A stretch of DNA of 64,000 nt, taken from assembly GCA_964612295.1 (NCBI GenBank), contig CAZTDY010000009.1, positions 25,992 to 89,991 on the forward strand, read 5' to 3'. The translations under genes were made by a program, and so were the position numbers. The notes under the pieces were generated by a model. The model saw nothing but the letters and a program-made list of their open reading frames with translations. It made no database searches and was not told where the DNA came from. Positions 8,910 through 16,830 of this stretch are shown piece by piece. Each line of letters begins with the position of its first letter. The stretch's first letter is position 1. The stretch comes from an uncultured bacterium (GTDB lineage Bacteria; Eisenbacteria; RBG-16-71-46; CAIMUX01; WJJG01).

Positions 8910-11900
8910 CTATCGCATCACGATCGCCTGCCTAGTTTGCTGAAACGCCCCCGTTTCAAGCCGGTAGAAATAGGTCCCAGACGGCACGGGCCGCCCCAAT
9001 TCGTCAATCCCTAACCAGGTAACGGCGTGAGATCCCGCCGCGGTCGGGCCGTCGATCAATGTCGCCACCCGTCTTCCTTCCGGCGTGAATACCCGCAAGC
9101 GCACCCACCCCGGATCTGCGATGGCAAACTGGATCTGGGTATGCGCCCCGAACGGATTGGGAGTATTCGGATGGAGGGTGGAACGGCCAAGCGTGGGATC
9201 GGACACCGAAGAGGAGGCGTCGGCGGTCGCTTCCTCCCCCTCGTTGCCGGAGAAGTCCGTCACCGTCAGATGGAAGTAGGGATGCACATCTTCGGAGAAG
9301 TCGAATGAGGTGTCGGTTGTGTGGAGAAGCACTTCCGCTGACTCATCCAGGGTCTCCGATTCAGAGCCGTAGAGCGTGAAGTAGTTGAAGTCTTCCACGG
9401 CGGTCTCGTCCCAGGCCAACATGGCGCCCGGTTCGATGCGGAAGTTCGCCGGCGCGGTCGGTGCCAGGTTGTCGACCGAGTAGCCGCTGTCGGGTGGTGA
9501 GTCGAAATACACGCCGGGCACGTCCGTCAGCGCGCGCACGAAGTAGGTCGTGAAGTACATCCCGTCCGCAATCGTGGAGTCTGCCAGGGTGGGCACCACC
9601 ATCGCGTATTCGCCCTCGCAGCAGGCGGGGACCGAGGCCAGATAGTCCCAATCCCCCGGCGGCCAGCACACCCTGAGCAGTCCGCTGCCCGGGTCATTTG
9701 CCGCGTCCGAGTCTTCGCCAGGATCACCGCCCCGCCTCAGATCCTCGTCGATTCGCCGGTAGATCGCGTACTCGGTGATCGGAGTCGTGCTGCCGAGCTG
9801 ATCGTATCCGCTCGCATCCCACGACAAGCGCACCTGCCTCCCCTGATCGTTGGGGATATCGGTGATCGCCGACGCGAATGGAAACTCGTTGAGCCACTTG
9901 ATCTCGAGACCGGTGCAGGTTGGGATGACCAGCGGATCGCTCGAATCCCAGATGTGTTCACTACGCCAGCGCAGGTCGGAGACATCGGCGCCCAGAGTGA
10001 ACCACTCCCCAGCTGCCGGCACACTCACCCATGAGCCGCCCCCATCGTCGGACAACCACCAGTTGTTCTCGCCGACCTGGGCAGGTGTCACGCGGACTCC
10101 CAGCACGATATTGCTCAGGAGCCCGGGGATCGTGAGGGACTGGCCCTGATTGTCCTGCCAGTTCTGGGTGTGCAATGACCTCACGCGGCAGGCCTGCACA
10201 CTGGTCTTGCAGGCCACATAGGCAACCTCGCCCGCAACGCACAGGTCAAGGGATCTGTCCGGCATGCCCACGATGTCTATGATGACAGGCTCCGAAGGGT
10301 CGCTGATATCTACGATCCAGAGGGTGTCGTCATTGACATCCGTTACATACGCTAAATCGCCCGCCACCGTCAGGCACTTGGTGAGGCAGTCGGGCAGGAT
10401 CACCCCCCCCAATAGGATTGGATTGGTTGGGTCGCTGACATCCACCACCTGCAGGCCCCCAGCAACGCAGGTCAGATAGGCGACATCCCCGGAGACCTTC
10501 ACATCGTATGCGTTCCCCGGCACCGGACAGGTGCCGATGACTGCCGGGCTGGTTGGATCGCTGATATCCACAACTTCCAGTCCGTCGTTGTAACCTGCAA
10601 CGAAGACCAGATTACCTGACATGGCCACGCCGTAGGTCGTCGCACCCACGCTAACGATGCCGGTAATCGCTGGGAATGCCGGATCGCTCACATTCACCAC
10701 CCAGAGTGCGTTAGCCCCGGAGTCCAGCACGCAGGCGATATCCCCGGATACGGCCACGCCGTGGGGGTCAGATAGGCCCAGTGTACCGATGACGGTGAGA
10801 TTGACCGGGTCGCTGACGTCAACAATGCTCAACCCGTAGTAGCCGCTCACGACATAGGCAACGTCGCCCGACACCGCCACCTGCGATGCATTGGAGGTCA
10901 GACTCACGGCGCCGATTTCGACGGGATTGGTTGGATCACTGATGTCGACAGCCATCAGGGCACCGTTCAGGTCCACCACAAAGGCCACATCCCCTACCGC
11001 CGCCACGTCTATAGCATACGCGAAGCCCACATTGCCGATCAGGCTCGGGCTGACCGTCTCACCAACCTCCACCACGACCAGACCATTGGCGCGGTCGGCC
11101 ACGTAGGCGACATCGCCCGCCACGACGACCCCCCAGGCCAGATCTTCCGTGTCCGCGCAGCCCATCAATTGGAGGTCGGCCGGATCAGTGATGTCGATCG
11201 CAAGTAGCCCGCTTTCGTAGTCCGCCACGTAGATCATGTCTCCTGAAGTCGTCACGCCCATCGCGCGGTTGGGGGTCACGAGGCTCCCGATCAGAATCGG
11301 GTTCGTCGGGTCACTGATGTCGAGCGCCTCCACCCCGGACCAGTGGCCCGCCACATAGGCGACATCACCAGCAACGGTCACGTCCCGCACGATGTCCGGC
11401 AAGTCGACGCTGGCAATGATGGCCAGGTTCGTGGGGTCCGTAATGTCCACCACCTGAAGATCGCCCACGTAATCCGCCACGTAGGCAACATTCCCCGCCA
11501 CCGCCACTCGTAGGGCTCTGTCGGCCGTCGCGACGCTTCCGATGAGCGCCGGGTTGGCCGGATCGCTGATGTCGACCGCCAGCAGGCCACCCGTGTGGTC
11601 GGCGACATAGGCAACGTCGCCTTCTATCGCAGCGTGCCAGCTCTTTCCGGGCGTAATCATGCTGCCCACAATCACCGGACTACTCGGCGTGCTGATATCG
11701 ATGACCTGCAGTCCGCTGTCCGCATCCGCCACGTAGGCCACATTCCCAGCCACGGTCACGCCGTAGGCGAGGCCCGGCGTGTCGACGGTGCCGATGATCG
11801 CCGGGTTGGCCGGGTCGCTGATGTCGACAACCTGCAAACCCTCCTCACCGTCCGCGAGGAAGGCATGGTTTCCCGCCACAAAGAGGTGGCGTGCTGTTCC

Positions 11901-12131
11901 GGGAGTGTCCACGCCGCCGATCACCGCCATGTCGTTCGGCCACAGGCTCAACTCGCCGGCGTCCGTGTTCCAGCAGGCCGTTGTAGCCCCCATATCGCCA
12001 TAGTCGGTGCTCGTGAAATCTTCGGTGTAGCTTCCGGCCTGGGCCGGAGCAGGGAGCCCAATTGCCAGCAAACAGACAAGGGCCGTTCCCGCAAGGAGTT
12101 CGCTTGCGAGCAGCCGTGCGGTCGTGAACAT
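8910..12131 (-). CDS. Secreted LVIVD-repeat protein (14 repeats) with Fn3-like domains and C-terminal FlgD Ig-like domain
   Basis: RBS GAGGAGG before ATG 12131; signal peptide ending PAPAQA; 14 LVIVD repeats; DIPNDQGRQVRLSW and DNLAPTAP beta-sandwich segments; C-terminus PNPF...GRRVATL...TWLGIDELGRPVPSGTYFYRL. Confidence 0.9.
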   Translation of the reverse strand: MFTTARLLASELLAGTALVCLLAIGLPAPAQAGSYTEDFTSTDYGDMGATTACWNTDAGELSLWPNDMAVIGGVDTPGTARHLFVAGNHAFLADGEEGLQVVDISDPANPAIIGTVDTPGLAYGVTVAGNVAYVADADSGLQVIDISTPSSPVIVGSMITPGKSWHAAIEGDVAYVADHTGGLLAVDISDPANPALIGSVATADRALRVAVAGNVAYVADYVGDLQVVDITDPTNLAIIASVDLPDIVRDVTVAGDVAYVAGHWSGVEALDISDPTNPILIGSLVTPNRAMGVTTSGDMIYVADYESGLLAIDITDPADLQLMGCADTEDLAWGVVVAGDVAYVADRANGLVVVEVGETVSPSLIGNVGFAYAIDVAAVGDVAFVVDLNGALMAVDISDPTNPVEIGAVSLTSNASQVAVSGDVAYVVSGYYGLSIVDVSDPVNLTVIGTLGLSDPHGVAVSGDIACVLDSGANALWVVNVSDPAFPAITGIVSVGATTYGVAMSGNLVFVAGYNDGLEVVDISDPTSPAVIGTCPVPGNAYDVKVSGDVAYLTCVAGGLQVVDVSDPTNPILLGGVILPDCLTKCLTVAGDLAYVTDVNDDTLWIVDISDPSEPVIIDIVGMPDRSLDLCVAGEVAYVACKTSVQACRVRSLHTQNWQDNQGQSLTIPGLLSNIVLGVRVTPAQVGENNWWLSDDGGGSWVSVPAAGEWFTLGADVSDLRWRSEHIWDSSDPLVIPTCTGLEIKWLNEFPFASAITDIPNDQGRQVRLSWDASGYDQLGSTTPITEYAIYRRIDEDLRRGGDPGEDSDAANDPGSGLLRVCWPPGDWDYLASVPACCEGEYAMVVPTLADSTIADGMYFTTYFVRALTDVPGVYFDSPPDSGYSVDNLAPTAPANFRIEPGAMLAWDETAVEDFNYFTLYGSESETLDESAEVLLHTTDTSFDFSEDVHPYFHLTVTDFSGNEGEEATADASSSVSDPTLGRSTLHPNTPNPFGAHTQIQFAIADPGWVRLRVFTPEGRRVATLIDGPTAAGSHAVTWLGIDELGRPVPSGTYFYRLETGAFQQTRQAIVMR

Positions 12132-12237
12132 GATGACCTCCTCACCTGGCAAGCCGCAGCCAACGACCGGTGCCCATCGCTCCGGATGGCCGCCATCGTC
12201 TGACTGTTACTCGCGTGAGGAGGGCTGATCTAACGGA

Positions 12238-15207
12238 CTAATCCGCACCGATCAAGACAAAGGGGGACCAATAGGCGGGATGGGAGAATGGCTGCGTGCC
12301 GTCTCCATCGGTGTGAGTTCGCAGCCACTGCTTCGCCTCGCGCAGGGCGGGGGTTGCGGGAAGCGTCCCGAGATTCTGATAGAACCTCTCCATGAGAAGC
12401 GCGGTCGCTTCATCCTCCACGTCCCACAAGCTCACGAGGAGGTTTCGGGCTCCGGCCTGGAGGAACGCGTGACTCCAGCCGATGTACCCCTCCCCCGGAA
12501 CCTCGGACCCCAGCCCCGTCTGACAGCAACTCAGCGTGACCAGGTCCGCGCGGATGTCCCACTCCCTCACCACGTCGGCCGTCGTGATCAGGCCGTCGCA
12601 GATTCGTTGCCCGGCGAGGATCGCCTCAAATGGGTCGGGGAGATCGACCGTCGAGAACACGAGCGCGGAACGATCCGGTCTGAGTGCATCCTGGATCGCA
12701 TGCGTCGCCAGATGAATCGTGCGGAAGGATGTCAGCGTCCCGTTGTCGACCATCGTCGTCAGGCTTTGCTCCGTAGCCTCCTCACCGACAAGAACGGTCG
12801 GGCTGGGCAAGAGGCACGCGATCCGCTCGACTTCCTGACGGGTCGCCGCCAGCCGCGGCAAGGCCGCGAGGATCGGCTCGACGTGATCCGGACAGAAGGG
12901 CGGATCCCCCAGGAGAAGCGCTCGATCCTCCTGCGGCCGCTCGCCCAGGCGGCGCTCCCGGAGCCAGCTGTAGATGGTCGCGGACGGCGCGTAGGAAATC
13001 GCCGTGGATTCGATCGCGGCCACCCCGTCGGCATCCACCAGAATCTCCAGTGGGACTCCCAGCAGCGGGCCGTCGGAAAGCACGATCAGATGCGTGATCT
13101 CCTCCAGGTGCGGCATGAGCGGCGCGACCCACTGCCGCCAGAGCTTGTTCCCCTCGGCCGCGATGCGGGTGGTCTCCATCACAGGAAGCGGCCAGCTTCC
13201 GGCCCGGCGCAGAGATTCGCGGAAGGCGTCCACTGACCGGTGAGCGGCAGGGGTCACCTCCTCGAGCGCCACCCAGCGGACCGGACCATCGGATCGGATG
13301 ACGTAGCCCCAGGCGGGAAGATCCAGATGGTCATCTTCGATGTGGACCCACCCCAGGATGGCACAGTCGCTGGACAGCTGAGCCTGCACACGATCCAGCG
13401 CGTAACAGTCGCCGGCCGGAACCGGATGTTGCGCCACGACCTCTTGTTGATGCTTGCTCCAGGCTGCCTGAATCTCGAGAAGCCGGGTTCGCTGCTCGGA
13501 GACCCGCGTCAGCATCTCACGCGACGAATCGGCCCTGGACTGCTGTTGGAGGGCGGTCAGCCGGCGCTCTGCCTGACCCAGCCCAACCCGAAGCGAGTCG
13601 GCTCGTTTTTCCTCGCTCACGCTGAGCGGATGTTCACTGGCGGCAAGCAGAAGGTCCGCCAACCCGCGCCCCAAAGAACGCTCGACCGCCGGCCAGGCCT
13701 GGACGGGATGACCCGCGAGGAGATGGGCGGCAGCCAACATCAGGTGTGGTGAAGCCAAGAAGCTGGAACGGGAGGAGCCGGCACCCATCCGCACCCGGGC
13801 CGTTTCGTAGGCATCGGCGGCTGACGCCAGCAACGACTCGGCCTCAGCGTAGGCCGCACCGGCCAGGGCGCACTCGGCCAAACGCGAGCGCCCCGCAACG
13901 ACCAGAGGATGATCGGGGGAAACCAAGTCCCCCAACATGGCCAGCGCCTCCTCGAGCAGCGGTTCGGCTGCCGAATACCCCGCCGTGCGACGCAAGAGGA
14001 TGGCCAGATCAATCAGGCCTTCGGCGATATCGGGGTGTTGCGCGCCGTAGGCCCGCCGCCGGATCGCGAGCGCAGCGCGCAGCTTCGCTTCCGCCTCTTC
14101 GTTCTGATCCAGTGCGCCATGCAGATGGGCCAGGCCCACCAGGCTCTCCGCGACCGAGGGATGGTCCTCTCCCATCGTTCGGCGACGAATCGAGAGCGCT
14201 TCTTCCAGAAACGGTTGGGCAGACCCGTATTCCTTTCGGTCGTAGAGCACGTTGCCGAGATTGCTGACGTATTGGGCAAGCATCGGATTCGCCTCGGGCA
14301 GCGTGGCGCGAAGGATGGAGATGGCCTCGAGGTAGAGTTGCTCGGCCTGGGTCAGCTTGCCCTGCTTCTTGAGCAGCACGGCGAGGTTGTTGAGACTCTG
14401 GGCCACCTCGCCGGCCTGGTCACCGTGAACCCGCCGGCGCCAGGCCAGCGCCTCGCGAAAGAGGGGCTCGGCATCCGCGTAATGGCTCCGCTGGTAGAGA
14501 ATCACACCCAAGTTGTTCATCCCCGACAGAATCGACGGGTGATCGGGATCGCGGATGTCGCGGATCATCCGGAGGGCTTCGCGGAAGTGAGTCTCGGCCA
14601 GATCGTACTCGCCGGCATCGCGCTCGATACAGGCAAGCGTGTTGAGTACATTGAACGTGTGCGGTTGCGGATGACGCCAGAGTGCGCGATCGAGGGCCAG
14701 GGCCCGCAGCGCGTGTGCACGGGCCTTCTCGAGATGCCCTGCCTCTTTGGCCAGAACCGCGAGGTTGTTGAGCACGATCGGAGCCTCGTACGATTCGGGT
14801 CCCAGGAGCCTGATCCGCACCTCGGCCTGGTGCTCCGCAGCCGTCACGCCTTCCTCATAGCGACCCTGCGCGTGGAGATCTTCGAGGTCTCCATAGGATG
14901 CATCGGCCGCGGCCAGCTCCGCCATCTGGTCGGGAGGAAGCCGAAGAATGTACTCCAGCAGCTCAACGCGGGCGGAGATCTCCTCCCACTGCCACTCGCG
15001 AGAATGTGCATCGGAGCGCACCTGTTCCCGAAGGTCGCGCCCGACCTCGAGCGCCGTCTCATATGCACCCTGCTCGCGTAGGTCGTCGATCGTGGCGGAA
15101 ACAGAGTCGAAGACCGCCTCGGTAACATTCGCGCCGGCGGTGCCCGTCATCAGCGCCAAGAGAAACGTGACCACCCAAACCGAACGGCTAGTCATCGTGA
15201 AGCTCAT
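12238..15207 (-). CDS. Signal-peptide TPR-repeat protein with C-terminal CHAT (caspase-like) protease domain
   Basis: Start 15207 or 15195 (MTSRSVWVVTFLLALMTGTAGA); about 8-9 kinesin-light-chain-type TPRs (LNNLA.L....G.Y..AEPL...AL...R...G..HP); CHAT motifs PLLGVPLE, IHLATHA (His), LVTLSCCQTG (Cys), AGARNLLVSLWDVED, HPAYWSPFVLIG. Confidence 0.9.
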   Translation of the reverse strand: MSFTMTSRSVWVVTFLLALMTGTAGANVTEAVFDSVSATIDDLREQGAYETALEVGRDLREQVRSDAHSREWQWEEISARVELLEYILRLPPDQMAELAAADASYGDLEDLHAQGRYEEGVTAAEHQAEVRIRLLGPESYEAPIVLNNLAVLAKEAGHLEKARAHALRALALDRALWRHPQPHTFNVLNTLACIERDAGEYDLAETHFREALRMIRDIRDPDHPSILSGMNNLGVILYQRSHYADAEPLFREALAWRRRVHGDQAGEVAQSLNNLAVLLKKQGKLTQAEQLYLEAISILRATLPEANPMLAQYVSNLGNVLYDRKEYGSAQPFLEEALSIRRRTMGEDHPSVAESLVGLAHLHGALDQNEEAEAKLRAALAIRRRAYGAQHPDIAEGLIDLAILLRRTAGYSAAEPLLEEALAMLGDLVSPDHPLVVAGRSRLAECALAGAAYAEAESLLASAADAYETARVRMGAGSSRSSFLASPHLMLAAAHLLAGHPVQAWPAVERSLGRGLADLLLAASEHPLSVSEEKRADSLRVGLGQAERRLTALQQQSRADSSREMLTRVSEQRTRLLEIQAAWSKHQQEVVAQHPVPAGDCYALDRVQAQLSSDCAILGWVHIEDDHLDLPAWGYVIRSDGPVRWVALEEVTPAAHRSVDAFRESLRRAGSWPLPVMETTRIAAEGNKLWRQWVAPLMPHLEEITHLIVLSDGPLLGVPLEILVDADGVAAIESTAISYAPSATIYSWLRERRLGERPQEDRALLLGDPPFCPDHVEPILAALPRLAATRQEVERIACLLPSPTVLVGEEATEQSLTTMVDNGTLTSFRTIHLATHAIQDALRPDRSALVFSTVDLPDPFEAILAGQRICDGLITTADVVREWDIRADLVTLSCCQTGLGSEVPGEGYIGWSHAFLQAGARNLLVSLWDVEDEATALLMERFYQNLGTLPATPALREAKQWLRTHTDGDGTQPFSHPAYWSPFVLIGAD

Positions 15208-16003
15208 CTTCGGCCTGCGCACGCGCCCCCACGCCGCCGGGCATCTCCCGCAGGTGGTGGAGCAGTGATTCGGCTTCGGCGAAGCGATCGCACTCTCGCC
15301 AGGCGATGTAGAGAGTCCACATGGCTTCGGCTCCCCAGGGATCCGGTATCGACTCCAGAGGAAGCGGAGCCAGGATCTCGGCCGCTTCCGTGTAGTCACC
15401 CCTCCACGCCAGTGCGCTGCTCAGGTAGACCTGCCGCAGCTGATCATAGGGCGGCTGCGCCTGAGCCGTACTCAGCAGGCGAATCGCCCTGGGCATATCC
15501 CGGCGTCCGTAGGCATCCAATCCGCCCAGCAGATCCGCATCCAACGCGCCGCCTCCCTCGGCGCGGACGTGCTGGAGCTTCTCGACGGCCGGGAGCCACT
15601 GAAGCCGGTGGTCCCTTAGACCGCGATCCGGCAACAGCCACAGCAGGAGCAGAGCAGCCGCCGCTACCGCGCCGAAGGTGAATCCCCAGGTTCGGCGACG
15701 GCGGAAGAGCCCGGCCAGGGATCGGTCTTCCGTCGGCACAGGCAGGGCAGGCTCGAGCACAAAGTGGCCGGACGGATCGCGAACCAGACGATGGCGAGCA
15801 GTGCGGCGTTCATGGCCGGTGACCAGACTGCGGAACCGGGTCTCGCAGGTCGCACAGGAGGAGAGGTGAGCCAGGTGCGCATCCCGCTCGGCTTCCGGCA
15901 GTAGATTGTGAATCAGTTCCAGACACTGATCCTCTGAAACATGCTTCGGATTGGTGGGGGGACTTCCGGCGCCACCCCAGTCGTCATTCTTGGGACTATC
16001 CAT
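15188..16003 (-). CDS. Zinc-finger (zf-HC2/ZAS) anti-sigma factor with one TM helix and a TPR-like extracytoplasmic domain
   Basis: HLAHLSSCATC zinc motif; RRRRTWGFTFGAVAAAALLLLWLLP membrane anchor; helical C-terminus; overlaps the sigma gene stop by 8 bp. Confidence 0.85.
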   Translation of the reverse strand: MDSPKNDDWGGAGSPPTNPKHVSEDQCLELIHNLLPEAERDAHLAHLSSCATCETRFRSLVTGHERRTARHRLVRDPSGHFVLEPALPVPTEDRSLAGLFRRRRTWGFTFGAVAAAALLLLWLLPDRGLRDHRLQWLPAVEKLQHVRAEGGGALDADLLGGLDAYGRRDMPRAIRLLSTAQAQPPYDQLRQVYLSSALAWRGDYTEAAEILAPLPLESIPDPWGAEAMWTLYIAWRECDRFAEAESLLHHLREMPGGVGARAQAEDELHDD

Positions 16004-16703
16004 GGGGCTTCTCCAGATTGAATAGCTTCCACAGCTCGACGAAGGTGCCCGGCGGCATCTCGTGAGGTTCGAACCCAGCCTTGCGCATACAGGCGCGGAT
16101 CATCTCGCGGCACCGCTGCAGGAGAACATCGACATGGCCCGGTTTCAGACCGACCCCGGGATGCGTCGCGATCTCCTTACTCGGCATTTCGCAAAACACC
16201 CTCAGGAACCAGGCGCGACGCGCGCGGGGCGCCAGCCCCCCCGCGCAACCCTTCAGGGCCTCGGCAAAGTCACGGCGTTCGACCTGGAGATCCGGAGGCT
16301 CGGCCGCCCCCGGCTGATGCGTGAAGTGGTTCGTTTCCCGATCCAGTTGAGTCTCCACATTTTCAGCCGAGCGGCGGTGATCGGCTCTCAACGTGTCGAT
16401 CAGGGCGTTCCGCGCGGTCTTCGACAGAAAGGCCGCCACCTCGCCGGGGCTGCGCGCATCCGGCTCCCACCGTCCCGAAACGATTCGATTGAGCAAATCC
16501 AGGGCTTTCTGGGCGGCGATGTCCTCGATGTCATCGTGACTGAAGCCCGTCAGACTGCGCGCATGTCGGTGGGCGTAAAGGGCAATCGCATCGAAGAGCA
16601 ACTTCCACAGATCTCCGCCAAGGCGATCGTTCGGGTGGAGCCGCAGTTCACGACCCAGTTGTTGCAGGCGCTGAGGCCACTCGAGCAGTGCGGAGACGGT
16701 CAA
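15996..16703 (-). CDS. ECF-family RNA polymerase sigma factor
   Basis: Probable TTG start at 16703 (GGGAG 7 nt upstream; ORF open to 16847). Region 2 DDIEDIAAQ...FLSKTARNALIDTLR; region 4 LAPRARRAWFLRVFCEMPSKEIA...VDVLLQRCREMI. Confidence 0.85.
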   Translation of the reverse strand: MTVSALLEWPQRLQQLGRELRLHPNDRLGGDLWKLLFDAIALYAHRHARSLTGFSHDDIEDIAAQKALDLLNRIVSGRWEPDARSPGEVAAFLSKTARNALIDTLRADHRRSAENVETQLDRETNHFTHQPGAAEPPDLQVERRDFAEALKGCAGGLAPRARRAWFLRVFCEMPSKEIATHPGVGLKPGHVDVLLQRCREMIRACMRKAGFEPHEMPPGTFVELWKLFNLEKPHG

Positions 16704-16758
16704 CTGTACACTCCCGGTCCGGTCGGCTGACGATGCGGAGCTTCCCCGTTCGGCTTCG

Positions 16759-16784
16759 AACGCTGACCATAGACCGCGGTTGTA
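16759..16784 (-). promoter_or_regulatory. Possible ECF-type autoregulatory promoter
   Basis: Minus strand TACAAC-N16-CGTT, about 55 nt upstream of the TTG start, matching the generic ECF AAC...CGT pattern. Confidence 0.35.
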
Positions 16785-16824
16785 CAGGAGACAAGATGGA
16801 AGCCTCGAATGCACAACCGCGGTC
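16772..16824 (-). repeat. 15-bp inverted repeat / RNA hairpin between the FlgD-tagged gene and the ECF sigma gene
   Basis: Minus-strand GACCGCGGTTGTGCA-N23-TGTACAACCGCGGTC; fully paired with one G-U wobble; no poly-U tail. Confidence 0.6.
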
Positions 16825-16830
16825 CGCATG

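Noticed and set aside
1189-12131. LVIVD repeats as a CRISPR array or as targets of a diversity-generating retroelement
   Set aside because: The repeats are degenerate protein-level repeats inside ORFs. I saw no identical DNA repeats with spacers, no reverse transcriptase and no adenine-only template/variable repeat pair.
12238-16703. CHAT protease as an anti-phage or CRISPR-linked (Craspase-like) effector
   Set aside because: No cas genes, gasdermin or NTPase nearby; the signal peptide and ECF/anti-sigma linkage fit envelope signalling better.
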